Shown here: positions 6,432-14,863 of the stretch, one piece after another
Layout: each line of letters starts with the position of its first letter
Position numbering within the stretch: position 1 is the first letter of the stretch
NCBI GenBank assembly: GCA_029218485.1
Contig: JAQXRK010000208.1
Location: forward strand, 1-33,557
Reading direction: 5' to 3'
DNA length: 33,557 nucleotides
DNA from: a bacterium
GTDB taxonomy: Bacteria; Bacillota; Clostridia; Christensenellales; CAG-138
Notes under the pieces: generated by a model
Seen by the model: only the letters and a program-made list of their open reading frames with translations
What the model was told of the DNA's origin: nothing
Databases searched by the model: none
Made by a program: the position numbers and the translations under genes

Positions 6432-7772
6432 CGTTTGCAGCAGCTCCACCGTGCGCTCAAGGTGCATCCCGCGCGACCCCTTGACCAGGATGGTATCGCC
6501 GTCGCGCAGCAGCAGGGGCAGGATGGAGAGCAGCATTTCCTGCGTCTCAAAGTAGCGCACGCGGTGCGGCGCAAGCGCATGCGCGCCGAGGAACATCTGC
6601 TCGGAGCACGGGCCGACGCAAACGATCAGCTCCACGCCGTGCATGGCCGCGTACATGCCGACCACCTCGTGGAACTCATCCGCCTGCGCGCCAAGCTCCA
6701 GCATATCGCCGAGAACGCAGACGTGGCGGCCCGGCGTGCGCTCGAGCACATCGATGGCGGCCATAACCGAGGTCGGGTTGGCGTTATAGGTGTCATCGAG
6801 CACGGTAAAGCGCGCGGTCTTCTGGATGTGCATGCGCCCGGCCGTCGGCCGGAACGACTCAACGCCCTCCCGGAGCTGTTCGAGCGGCATGCCGAGCGTA
6901 AGCCCCACCGCAACGGCGCAAAGCGCGTTATAGATCATGTGCCGCCCCGGCGCGGGGACGCGCATGCGCAGCCGCTGTTCGCCGCAGCACACGGTAAACG
7001 CGCTGCCGTCAAGGCCCTGATCCTCCTCGTCCACGGCACGGACGGCGTTGTGCGCCTGAAAGCCGAAGCGGATGGCGTCCGGCAGGCGGATGAGCATGTC
7101 GTCGTCACCGTTGACGACGACCGTGCCGCCCGGGCGCATGTGCTCGAGCATCTCGGCCTTGCCGTGAAAGATGTTTTCCCGCGTGCCAAAGAACTCGATG
7201 TGCGCAACGCCCACGTTCGTGAGCACGCAGATCGTCGGCTGCACCATGGCGGCAAGGCGGCGGATTTCGCCCGGATGGTTCGTACCCATCTCGATGATGG
7301 CGAGCGTGTGCTCCGGCCCGAGCTGAAACAGCGTGAGCGGAACGCCCGTCTGGTTGTTCAGGTTGCCGGGCGTTTTGAACGTGCGGTAGTGCCGGGACAA
7401 TACGGCATCGAGCATCTCCTTGGTCGAGGTCTTGCCGGCGCTCCCGGTGACGCCGATGACCGGTATGGAAAACTTTTCGCGGTAGTGCTTCGCGAGCTGC
7501 TGCAGCGCCTCTAGCGTATCCGGCACGAGGATATACGGCTCCGCTTCGAGCGGGCGATCGGTCAGCACGCACAGCGCGCCGTTCCTGCGCGCGCCGTCGA
7601 TGAAGGCGTGGCCGTCGTGCACCGCGCCGATGATCGGCACATACAGCGCGCCGGGCGCGGCCTTGCGGCTGTCGATACACACATCGGTCACGGCCTGATC
7701 GAGCAGCGCCGTATCGCCATGAAACTTGCCCTGGCAGGCCAGCACGGCCTCGGATAGCGGAAAGGCGATCAT
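6426..7772 (-). CDS. murF: UDP-N-acetylmuramoyl-tripeptide--D-alanyl-D-alanine ligase
   Basis: 448-aa ORF with the Mur ligase P-loop GVTGSAGKTSTKEM. The overall MurF-like layout runs from N-terminal (CIDSRKAAPGALYVPI) to C-terminal (GDTILVKGSRGMHLE). The ATGA overlap with the ddl stop suggests translational coupling. Confidence 0.92.
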   Translation of the reverse strand: MIAFPLSEAVLACQGKFHGDTALLDQAVTDVCIDSRKAAPGALYVPIIGAVHDGHAFIDGARRNGALCVLTDRPLEAEPYILVPDTLEALQQLAKHYREKFSIPVIGVTGSAGKTSTKEMLDAVLSRHYRTFKTPGNLNNQTGVPLTLFQLGPEHTLAIIEMGTNHPGEIRRLAAMVQPTICVLTNVGVAHIEFFGTRENIFHGKAEMLEHMRPGGTVVVNGDDDMLIRLPDAIRFGFQAHNAVRAVDEEDQGLDGSAFTVCCGEQRLRMRVPAPGRHMIYNALCAVAVGLTLGMPLEQLREGVESFRPTAGRMHIQKTARFTVLDDTYNANPTSVMAAIDVLERTPGRHVCVLGDMLELGAQADEFHEVVGMYAAMHGVELIVCVGPCSEQMFLGAHALAPHRVRYFETQEMLLSILPLLLRDGDTILVKGSRGMHLERTVELLQTL

Positions 7773-8803
7773 GCGTCCGCCTTCCTTTCGGAGAGGGAGA
7801 CGATGCGGTCACACAGCGAGGGGTAGTCGATGCCGGCGGCTGCGGCCTCCTGCGGCAGCAGGCTCGTGGGCGTCATGCCCGGCAGTGTGTTCGCCTCCAG
7901 ACAATAGACCCCGCCGTCCGGTGTGAGCAGAAAATCAATGCGCGCGTATACCGACAGGTGGAGCACCCGGCCGGCCTTCTGCGCAAGCGCCTGGATGCGC
8001 GCGGTGGTCGCTTCGTCGAGCCTTGCGGGCGTGATCTCCTCCGTCCAGCCGGACTGATACTTGTGCGCGTAATCATAAAAGCCGTGCCGCGGAATGATCT
8101 CGATGAGCGGCAGCGCTTCATCGCCGAGCACACCGGCCGAGAGCTCGCGCCCCGCGATATACTCCTCGACGAGCACCTCATCCTCATAGCGGAAGGCGTC
8201 CAGCAGCGCTTCGTCACACTCCGCCTGCGTATGCGCAATCGCGATGCCGATGGAGGAGCCGCCGCAGCATGGCTTTACGACGCAGGGCAGCTGGATCTCC
8301 GGTACCGGTTCGCCCCGGCGCAGCAGCACGCCATCCGGCACCGGCACGCCCGCACCGCGAAGCAGCTGCTTTGTGATCCACTTGTGCATGGAGACCGCGC
8401 AGCCGAGCGAAGAGCTGCCCGTATAGCGGATGCCGAGCAGATCGAACAGCGCCTGCAGCTTGCCGTTCTCACCGTCGCCGCCGTGCAGCGCCAGAAACGT
8501 GATGTCCGCGGCGCGGCAAAGCTCAATCACACCGTCCCCGATGGAATCCGAGAGCCCGTGCGCGCGGCTCCGCTTCACCGCATCGAGGTCCGGCGCGGTC
8601 TGCTCAATCGTGTGAGAGACGTCGCTGGGCACGCTGGAGAACGCATCGAGCGGGTTTTGCGGCAGGTCGGGCCGGCCGAGAAACAGGTCGACCAGACAGA
8701 CCCGGTGACCGCGGCTTTGCAGCGCGGCGGCGATCTTTGCGCCGGAGGAGAGGGAGACATCGCGTTCGGGGGAAAGCCCGCCCGCCAGGATAACGATATT
8801 CAT
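7769..8803 (-). CDS. ddl: D-alanine--D-alanine ligase
   Basis: Read from ATG 8803 the ORF begins MNIVILAGGLSPERDVSLSSG. It has an ATP-grasp layout, an omega-loop FYDYAHKY with the Lys-Tyr pair, and the C-terminal LEANTLPGMT. GGAG lies 6-7 nt upstream of 8803. The ORF-track extension to 8860 lacks an SD. Confidence 0.92.
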   Translation of the reverse strand: MNIVILAGGLSPERDVSLSSGAKIAAALQSRGHRVCLVDLFLGRPDLPQNPLDAFSSVPSDVSHTIEQTAPDLDAVKRSRAHGLSDSIGDGVIELCRAADITFLALHGGDGENGKLQALFDLLGIRYTGSSSLGCAVSMHKWITKQLLRGAGVPVPDGVLLRRGEPVPEIQLPCVVKPCCGGSSIGIAIAHTQAECDEALLDAFRYEDEVLVEEYIAGRELSAGVLGDEALPLIEIIPRHGFYDYAHKYQSGWTEEITPARLDEATTARIQALAQKAGRVLHLSVYARIDFLLTPDGGVYCLEANTLPGMTPTSLLPQEAAAAGIDYPSLCDRIVSLSERKADA

Positions 8804-8860
8804 AGAGAACTCCAATCCAACTTGATCGAGTGGCCGCCGGTGAGGGCGCCATGCGGTCAT

Positions 8861-8869
8861 AATATACCA
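8861..8869 (-). promoter_or_regulatory. candidate extended -10 (TGG-TATATT) for the ddl-murF transcript
   Basis: Minus strand reads tgg tatatt about 58 nt upstream of ATG 8803. No convincing -35 was seen. Confidence 0.3.
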
Positions 8870-8954
8870 TTTCTATTTTATATCACGTTTGCCGCCGGAG
8901 GACAAGGTGTTTTCCGCCCGGGAAAAAAACTTCCGGCCAAATGGTTTTCCAGGG

Positions 8955-8983
8955 TGTAAACCGAGCCTGCACTATAGTATACT
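8955..8983 (+). promoter_or_regulatory. candidate promoter positioned for a leaderless peptidase mRNA
   Basis: TGTAAA (8955-8960), a 17-nt spacer, TATACT (8978-8983), then 6 nt (gttacc) and ATG 8990. There is no Shine-Dalgarno upstream of 8990. Confidence 0.3.
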
Positions 8984-8989
8984 GTTACC

Positions 8990-10861
8990 ATGAGAAAAAT
9001 GTGGAAAAAAGTCGTCGCGCATCGCATTGCTGAGCCGCACGCCGGACAGCGGCGCTCCCGTATGCCGGGCGCCCTGCGGGCGGCCGCGCTGGCCGTCGCG
9101 CTGCTGCTCCTGATCGGCTGCACCGGCTGTCAGCGCACCACCGACCTGTTCAATGAAACATGGGAGGAATTTTTCGCGCTGCTTGCCCGCCCGGAGCCAA
9201 CGGCGGCAGCGGCCACGCTTCCGCCAGAGACGCCCGCGCCCGCGCCGGATTTGTCGGCCGTGCATCCGGGTATTCCGTTTTCCCAGATGGCCTACGAGCG
9301 GCCGGACACGGAGGCGCTGGCCGACCTGCTGAGCGACCTGCTGTTCGACATGGAGCGCGGGGCGGACGAGGAGGCGCTGCTCGATCGCTATGATGAGGCG
9401 CTCAGCCTGTACAACGCGGCGGACTGCCAGCTCTCGCTCTGCTATGTGCTCTACGCAAAGGACGTCACGAACACCTATTACCGGGACGAATATGCCAGCC
9501 TGTATACGGCTTTGACGGAGCTGGACCTCACCATGACGGAGGTTTCCGTTGCGCTGCTCGACAGCGGGAGCGGTGCGCGCGAACACTGGGGCGATTCCTA
9601 CGCGGAGGCGGTGATCGCCGGCGCGGATCTCAACAGCCCGGAAATCCAGCCGCTGCTGGAGCGGGAGCAGACGCTCACCATGGCGTATGACGAGCTGCTC
9701 TCCTCGTTTTGCCTGCAGGACGGCGGCAGAACCTACACGATCGAAGAGATCGGCGCGCTTGCACCGGAGGATTACGAGGAGTATGTGCGCCTGTACGACG
9801 CGTATGCCGCCGCGCTCAACCGGGAGGCGGGCGCGATCTTCCTGGACCTGCTCGCCATCCGCCACGATATCGCGGCAAAGCTCGGCTACGGCAGCTATGC
9901 GGCCTACATGTATGATTGCTACGGCCGCGACTATTCCATAACCGATGCAAAGGCGCTGCAGGACGCGGTCAAGCGCTGCCTCGTGCCGGTGTACGAGGAT
10001 GCGGTGATGCGCCAGTATATGGGCGGCAGCGCACTGATGAACAAGACATATACGCAGCCGGTGTTCCTCAAAGCGCTGCGCGCGGCGGCGGCCGATTTTT
10101 CGCCGCAGCTGCTGGAAGCGCTCGACTATATGCTGCAATACGGGCTTTACGATTTTTCGCCGGATCCCAACAAGATGGAAACGAGCTTTACTACCTACTT
10201 TTCGAGCTACGATGCGCCGTTTATGTTTACCGCATGGACGAACTCGTTTACCGATACCGGTACCGTGATCCATGAGCTGGGGCACTATACCAACTATTAT
10301 CACAACGCCGCCGTTGGCTGGAGCGTGGCCGACCCGCTCGATCTGGCGGAGGTGGATTCGCAGGGGCTGGAGCTGCTCATGATCCCGTATTACCCGTCCT
10401 TCTACGGCAAAGACGCGTCTTCGGCGGAGCTGTACCGGATGGCGGATGCGATGTACGCGGTGCTGACCGGCTGCATGGAGGATGAGTTTCAGCAGCTGGT
10501 CTATGCCGACCCGGGGATGACGCTCGAGGAGATGAACGCGCTGTACCTGCGCCTTGCCGAAGAATACGGCTTTGCAGAGCTGTACGGCTTTACCGGGACG
10601 GAGTGGACGATGATTCCGCACACCTTCCAGTCGCCGATGTATTATATCAGCTACGCCGTGAGCATGATCCCGGCGCTGGAGCTGTGGGAGCGCTCGGCAA
10701 CCGATGCGGCGGCCGCCCGCGAGGCCTATTTTGAAATCCTCAACCGCGCGCCCTACGCGCAGTTCCGTCAGACGGTCCAGTCGGCCGGCCTGTCCGACCC
10801 GCTGCAGCCGGAAACGATCGAACGCATTGCGGAGGTGCTCCATCGTGCTTATGGCTTCTGA
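8990..10861 (+). CDS. M3B (oligoendopeptidase F-like) zinc metallopeptidase with a lipoprotein signal peptide
   Basis: 623-aa ORF. HExxH is present at VIHELGHYTNYYHN. The PepF-like C-terminal signature is WTMIPHTFQSPMYYISYAVS. The N-terminus carries a basic region, a hydrophobic core and the lipobox LLLIGC. An alternative start is Met25 at 9062. Confidence 0.8.
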   Translation: MRKMWKKVVAHRIAEPHAGQRRSRMPGALRAAALAVALLLLIGCTGCQRTTDLFNETWEEFFALLARPEPTAAAATLPPETPAPAPDLSAVHPGIPFSQMAYERPDTEALADLLSDLLFDMERGADEEALLDRYDEALSLYNAADCQLSLCYVLYAKDVTNTYYRDEYASLYTALTELDLTMTEVSVALLDSGSGAREHWGDSYAEAVIAGADLNSPEIQPLLEREQTLTMAYDELLSSFCLQDGGRTYTIEEIGALAPEDYEEYVRLYDAYAAALNREAGAIFLDLLAIRHDIAAKLGYGSYAAYMYDCYGRDYSITDAKALQDAVKRCLVPVYEDAVMRQYMGGSALMNKTYTQPVFLKALRAAAADFSPQLLEALDYMLQYGLYDFSPDPNKMETSFTTYFSSYDAPFMFTAWTNSFTDTGTVIHELGHYTNYYHNAAVGWSVADPLDLAEVDSQGLELLMIPYYPSFYGKDASSAELYRMADAMYAVLTGCMEDEFQQLVYADPGMTLEEMNALYLRLAEEYGFAELYGFTGTEWTMIPHTFQSPMYYISYAVSMIPALELWERSATDAAAAREAYFEILNRAPYAQFRQTVQSAGLSDPLQPETIERIAEVLHRAYGF

Positions 10862-11624
10862 TGCGACCACACAAAATGGCGCCCGGCTTTTTGCGCGCCG
10901 CTGCCCCGCCTGCTTTCAGCCGGTGGGGCTTTTCGCCGTTCGCTGCGGCGCATGCGGCTACAGGCTTGTGCGGCGGCATGACGGGGGAGCGGACGGCGCG
11001 GTGGAGATGGGCGCGGTGCTCTCCGGGCGGTACCTCGTCGGCCGCCTGCTGCAGATTTCCGACAAAGAGACCGTCTATGCCGGCTTTGACAGGCGGACGG
11101 AGCGCGTTGTGCGGCTGACGTCGGCCCCGGCGGAGGGGTGGGATCGGGCGGCGCTGTCAGACCATGCGCAGGCGCTCATGAGCCTTGCCGGCTGCGCCGC
11201 GATCGTGGCGCCGGACGAGGTGTGGATGGAGGAGGACAGGCTGTTTGCCGTTTCGCAGGCACGGGGAGAGCCGCTCTCCGAGGGCGGCCGCAGGATCGGC
11301 GATGCCGGCATGCGCCGGTGCCTTGCGCGGCTTACGGACGCGCTGCTGGTCGTGCACAGCCTCGGCGCCCAGCCGGAGGGGAATGCCGTGCACGGCGCGC
11401 CCTGCGCCGAAAACCTGCTGCTCACGGAGGATGGCGCGCTTCGCCTCGTGCTGCCGCTGCTGCCGCACTTTGGCGAACCGGCCGATGATATCCGCGGCTT
11501 TGGCGGCGTGCTGCTGCCGCTCGGGATGGCGCTCTCCCCGGCCGTGGAGGCGATTCTCAGCCGCATGTGCGCGGGCGGCTACACCTCGGTGCTGGAGATC
11601 AAGCACGAGCTCAACTGCCTGTAA
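10845..11624 (+). CDS. zinc-ribbon protein with a degenerate protein-kinase-like domain (predicted pseudokinase)
   Basis: GGAGG (10831-10835) lies 9 nt upstream of GTG 10845; an alternative ATG is at 10851. The start overlaps the peptidase stop (10859-10861). The N-terminus has CPAC...CGAC. Kinase-like blocks are LSGRYLVGRLL...VYAGFD, VVRL in place of VAIK, and VHGAPCAENLLL in place of HRDLKPENILL. No DFG motif is present. Confidence 0.6.
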   Translation: MLMASDATTQNGARLFARRCPACFQPVGLFAVRCGACGYRLVRRHDGGADGAVEMGAVLSGRYLVGRLLQISDKETVYAGFDRRTERVVRLTSAPAEGWDRAALSDHAQALMSLAGCAAIVAPDEVWMEEDRLFAVSQARGEPLSEGGRRIGDAGMRRCLARLTDALLVVHSLGAQPEGNAVHGAPCAENLLLTEDGALRLVLPLLPHFGEPADDIRGFGGVLLPLGMALSPAVEAILSRMCAGGYTSVLEIKHELNCL

Positions 11625-11657
11625 AGCGGGCACGATTTATAAAAGTGAGGAAAGAAA

Positions 11658-12122
11658 ATGAAGGATGAATTCTATATGGAGAAGGCCATAGCGCTGTCGG
11701 AGGCGGCCGTTGCGCATGGAAACGAACCGTTTGGCGCGGTTCTGGTTAAAAATGATGAGATTGTGTTTACAAACGAAAATCAGATCTACACCAGACACGA
11801 CCCGACATTTCATGCGGAATTCGGGCTGATCCGGGAATTCTGTGCCTCTGCGGGCGTGACCGATCTGCAGGAATATACGCTGTATTCCAGCTGCGAGCCG
11901 TGTTTTATGTGCAGCGGCGCGATGGTCTGGGTAAAGCTGGGCAGGCTGGTCTACGGCGCCAGCAATACGGATTTGGAAAACATTTTGGGGAACGAGGGCT
12001 GTGACTGCTCCAAAATGGTGTTTGAAAACTCGTTTTGGAAGCCGGAGGTGACGGCTGGCATTTTAAGGGAAAGAAGCATGGAGGTTCTTGCGTCCTATTT
12101 CAAGGCCCACAAGAAAGGGTAA
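11658..12122 (+). CDS. CDA-fold nucleoside/nucleobase deaminase (guanine deaminase GuaD / TadA-like)
   Basis: 154-aa ORF with zinc motifs HAE (TFHAEFGLI) and CEPCFMC. The PFGAVLVKND block resembles B. subtilis GuaD. GAGGAAAG lies 7 nt upstream of the ATG. GC is about 50% by hand count, against visibly GC-richer (estimated >60%, not counted) flanking genes. Confidence 0.85.
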   Translation: MKDEFYMEKAIALSEAAVAHGNEPFGAVLVKNDEIVFTNENQIYTRHDPTFHAEFGLIREFCASAGVTDLQEYTLYSSCEPCFMCSGAMVWVKLGRLVYGASNTDLENILGNEGCDCSKMVFENSFWKPEVTAGILRERSMEVLASYFKAHKKG

Positions 12123-12271
12123 AACGGACGGGGTTGCCGGGCGATCGCAATCCCCCAAAAACGAAAGATCACATTTTCGTGCCGGGAATATCGCGCCATG
12201 CGCGATCTTGCAGCGCAGCAATGCGTTTCCTTACAGAGGGGAGGCTTGGCGCGGCGTACCGGCACTCAAAC

Positions 12272-12310
12272 AATCATCCTCCGCATGGACAGCGCATGCG
12301 GAGGATGATT
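12272..12310 (-). terminator. 16-bp stem hairpin downstream of the M29 aminopeptidase gene
   Basis: aatcatcctccgcatg / catgcggaggatgatt with a 7-nt loop. It lies 44 nt after the stop at 12354. On the minus strand it is followed by gtttgag, a weak U-tract. Confidence 0.6.
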
Positions 12311-12353
12311 GCTTTACGGATATTGGCCGGTTGTGCGCAAGGCGCGCTTGTGC

Positions 12354-13469
12354 TTATTTCAGGTTTTCCGGGTTCAGGCACTCGAGCTCGGGCAGAACGA
12401 AGCGGCCGTCCTTGCGGATGAGCACATCGTCAAAGTACATCTCGCCGCCGCCGTATTCGGGCGTCTGGATCAGAACGAGATCCCAGTGCTGGGAGGATCT
12501 GTTGCCGTTGTCACACTCGTCGTAGCAGGAGCCGGGCGTGAAGTGGAACGAACCGGCGATCTTTTCGTCGAACAGCGTGTCCTTCATCGGGAACGTGATG
12601 AACGGGTTGACGCCAATGGCAAACTCACCGACGTAGCGCGCGCCCTCATCGATGTCGAGCTGCTGGTTGATGCGCACGGTGTCGTTGGCGGTCGCCTTGA
12701 CGATCTTGCCGTCCTTGAACTCAAAGCGGATATCGGTGTAGGTGAAGCCGTTCTCCAGCGAGGGCGTGTTGTAGCTGATGACGCCGTTGACGCTTTCGCG
12801 CACGGGCGCGGTGAACACCTCGCCATCCGGAATGTTCAGCTTGCCCGCGCACTTGACCGCGGGCAGACCCTTGATGGAGAAGCTGAGATCGGTGCCCGGG
12901 GCGACGAGGCGCACGCGGTCGGTCCGCTCCATCAGCGCAACGAGCGCGTCCATCGCCCGGTCCATCTTCGAGTAGTCGAGGCAGCACACGTTGAAATAGA
13001 AGTCCTCGAACGCCTCGGTGCTCATGTCCGCCATCTGCGCCATCGACGGGGACGGGTAGCGCAGGATGACCCACTTCGTCTTCGGTACGCGGATCTGGCC
13101 ATGCACCGGCGTCCAGTAATAGGTCATGTAATCGTTCATCTTGTCGGACGGCACATCGGCCATCTCGCTGCTGTTGCTGCCGCCGCGCACGCCAATGTAG
13201 GCATCCATGGAAGCCATGACAGCGCCGTCCCATTCCGCGCGCTTTTTGAGCTGCTCAACGTTGCAGCCGAGCAGGAGCTCGCGGTCGAACGCCTTGTCGG
13301 AGAGCCACAGGAACGGGTTGCCGCCCGCCGCATAGACCTCCTTGATGAGCGCGCGCGTGAGGTCCTCGTTGCCGCCGATGGACTCGATGAGGATGTTTTC
13401 GCCGGGCTGCAGGTCGCAGGAAAACGTGACCAGACCGTGCGCCAGTTGCTTGATTCTCGGATCGAACAT
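12354..13469 (-). CDS. M29 family aminopeptidase (AmpS/PepS-like)
   Basis: 371-aa ORF. The N-terminus (MFDPRIKQLAHGLVTFSCDLQPGENILIE) and internal blocks (IPDGEVFTAP, GVNPF..., HFTPGSCYDE) are typical of thermophilic-type aminopeptidase II. GGAGG lies 9 nt upstream. Confidence 0.9.
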   Translation of the reverse strand: MFDPRIKQLAHGLVTFSCDLQPGENILIESIGGNEDLTRALIKEVYAAGGNPFLWLSDKAFDRELLLGCNVEQLKKRAEWDGAVMASMDAYIGVRGGSNSSEMADVPSDKMNDYMTYYWTPVHGQIRVPKTKWVILRYPSPSMAQMADMSTEAFEDFYFNVCCLDYSKMDRAMDALVALMERTDRVRLVAPGTDLSFSIKGLPAVKCAGKLNIPDGEVFTAPVRESVNGVISYNTPSLENGFTYTDIRFEFKDGKIVKATANDTVRINQQLDIDEGARYVGEFAIGVNPFITFPMKDTLFDEKIAGSFHFTPGSCYDECDNGNRSSQHWDLVLIQTPEYGGGEMYFDDVLIRKDGRFVLPELECLNPENLK

Positions 13470-13547
13470 TCGTCAAATACCTCCGTGTTGCATTTTCTTA
13501 TGCTCCGGCTCCATTATCCCACCATTTTGCGGGAAAATCCAGCCCGT

Positions 13548-14798
13548 TCAAACATCGACATTATAGATTTTTTTGACGTGTGCGCCGCCCGGCAGCATGA
13601 CGAACAGCACGCAGACGATATTCAGCGCCATCGCCGCGAGAACGACCGGCCTTGCGGGCAGCAGCTCGCCGACCGCACCAGCGGCCAGCTGGCCGATGAT
13701 GCCGCCGAGAATATTGAGCATCTGGAAGATGCCGTTGAACCGGCCGCGCATCTCATCGGCAACATAGCTCTGCGTGCCGGAGATGCGGATGTTGAAGCTG
13801 GTCACGCCGAGTATGCCGACGAGCAGATTGAACGCGAGCATGACCGGGAACGGCATGTAGAGATACGTACCGTCGAGCACGCTGATGGTGAGATAGACGA
13901 AGATGGCGATCTGGAATTTGCGGTGCACCGGATATTTGAACCGGTAGTGGATGACGCCGCCGATGAGCCGCCCGGCGGTGGCGACGGACATGATGACGGT
14001 ATATTGATCGATCCCGGTGGTTCCGAGCGAGCGGAAATAGGGGAGCACCAGCGTGCCAACGATGCTTGAGCACAGCGTTGTGCAGAAGAAGTATGCTGTG
14101 ATCGTGGCCAGACCCCGCTCCCGGCGCAGGTAGTCGAGACCGTCCTTCAGATCGCTCCGAAAGCGCCGGAACCGGAACGGCTCAGCCGTTCGCCGGGCGG
14201 CGTGCGCTTCCACGGCGCGGATGCGCGTTTCAAACAGGGCGGCGACAAGAAAGCTCGCCGCGTTGAACAGAAACAGCGGCGCAATGCCGATCGTGCGGTA
14301 GCATACGCCGGCGATCGGCACCATGATCGTCGTTGCGAGCGGATAGATCAGGCTGGAGATCGAATAGGCTCTGGCAAAGTTTCCCTTGCTGATCAGCGTC
14401 GGATACAGGCTTTCGTAGGCCACGGTATAGACGCTGTCGATCGCACCGACGAGCATGGCCAGCAGCAGGAACAGGCCGTATTGAAACAGGTCGAGCCGGA
14501 CAAGCGCGTAGATCACGAGAAACAGGCCGGCCGAGATAAAATCGAGCGTATAGATGACGCGCTTGCGCTCGAACCGGTCGAGGTACGGCCCGGCCAGCAG
14601 CGGCAGAATGATGCGCGGCAGGCTGTAGCAGATCATATACAGGGCGTACAGCAGCACGGATTCCGTATAGTCCAGCACCAGCAGACCAATGGCAAAGCCG
14701 GACACGGCGTTGCCGAACGTCGAGACGACCGTGCCGAGCGTAATGATGATGAAATCCCGCGTCCAGAGCGGGCGTTTTATGGGCAGTTGCGTATCCAT
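13548..14798 (-). CDS. MFS transporter (DHA3/EntS/macrolide-efflux-like subfamily)
   Basis: Read from ATG 14798 the ORF begins MDTQLPIKRPLWTRDFIIITLGTVVSTFGNAV. It has about 12 hydrophobic segments and the loop 2-3 motif GPYLDRFERKRV. The in-frame extension to 14918 is Arg/Pro-rich and crosses the divergent promoter region. Confidence 0.85.
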   Translation of the reverse strand: MDTQLPIKRPLWTRDFIIITLGTVVSTFGNAVSGFAIGLLVLDYTESVLLYALYMICYSLPRIILPLLAGPYLDRFERKRVIYTLDFISAGLFLVIYALVRLDLFQYGLFLLLAMLVGAIDSVYTVAYESLYPTLISKGNFARAYSISSLIYPLATTIMVPIAGVCYRTIGIAPLFLFNAASFLVAALFETRIRAVEAHAARRTAEPFRFRRFRSDLKDGLDYLRRERGLATITAYFFCTTLCSSIVGTLVLPYFRSLGTTGIDQYTVIMSVATAGRLIGGVIHYRFKYPVHRKFQIAIFVYLTISVLDGTYLYMPFPVMLAFNLLVGILGVTSFNIRISGTQSYVADEMRGRFNGIFQMLNILGGIIGQLAAGAVGELLPARPVVLAAMALNIVCVLFVMLPGGAHVKKIYNVDV

Positions 14799-14805
14799 GC
14801 CGGTT

Positions 14806-14834
14806 ATTCTATCATAGCAGGGCGCAGGATGCAA
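14806..14834 (-). promoter_or_regulatory. candidate promoter positioned for a leaderless MFS mRNA
   Basis: Minus strand reads TTGCAT (14834-14829), a 17-nt spacer, TGA-TAGAAT (14811-14806), then 7 nt (aaccggc) and ATG 14798. There is no Shine-Dalgarno. Confidence 0.35.
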
Positions 14835-14863
14835 TGGCCGGCGGGAGACGGATGCCGGACGGC

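Noticed and set aside
6426-8803. ddl-murF pair as a vancomycin-resistance-type (D-Ala-D-Lac or D-Ala-D-Ser) module
   Set aside because: The ligase keeps the omega-loop Lys-Tyr (…FYDYAHKYQSG…) typical of D-Ala-D-Ala ligases. No vanH/vanX/vanR/vanS-like genes are nearby.
8972-10870. 632-aa ORF on the minus strand spanning the whole M3 peptidase gene
   Set aside because: It is a mirror-frame ORF of a GC-rich gene. The product is Arg/Ala/Gly/His-rich with no recognisable motif and no SD, and it exactly shadows a gene with clear family motifs on the other strand. The same reasoning applies to 12309-14069(+), 16131-17699(-), 21283-22683(-), 27381-28907(-) and 30640-32181(-).
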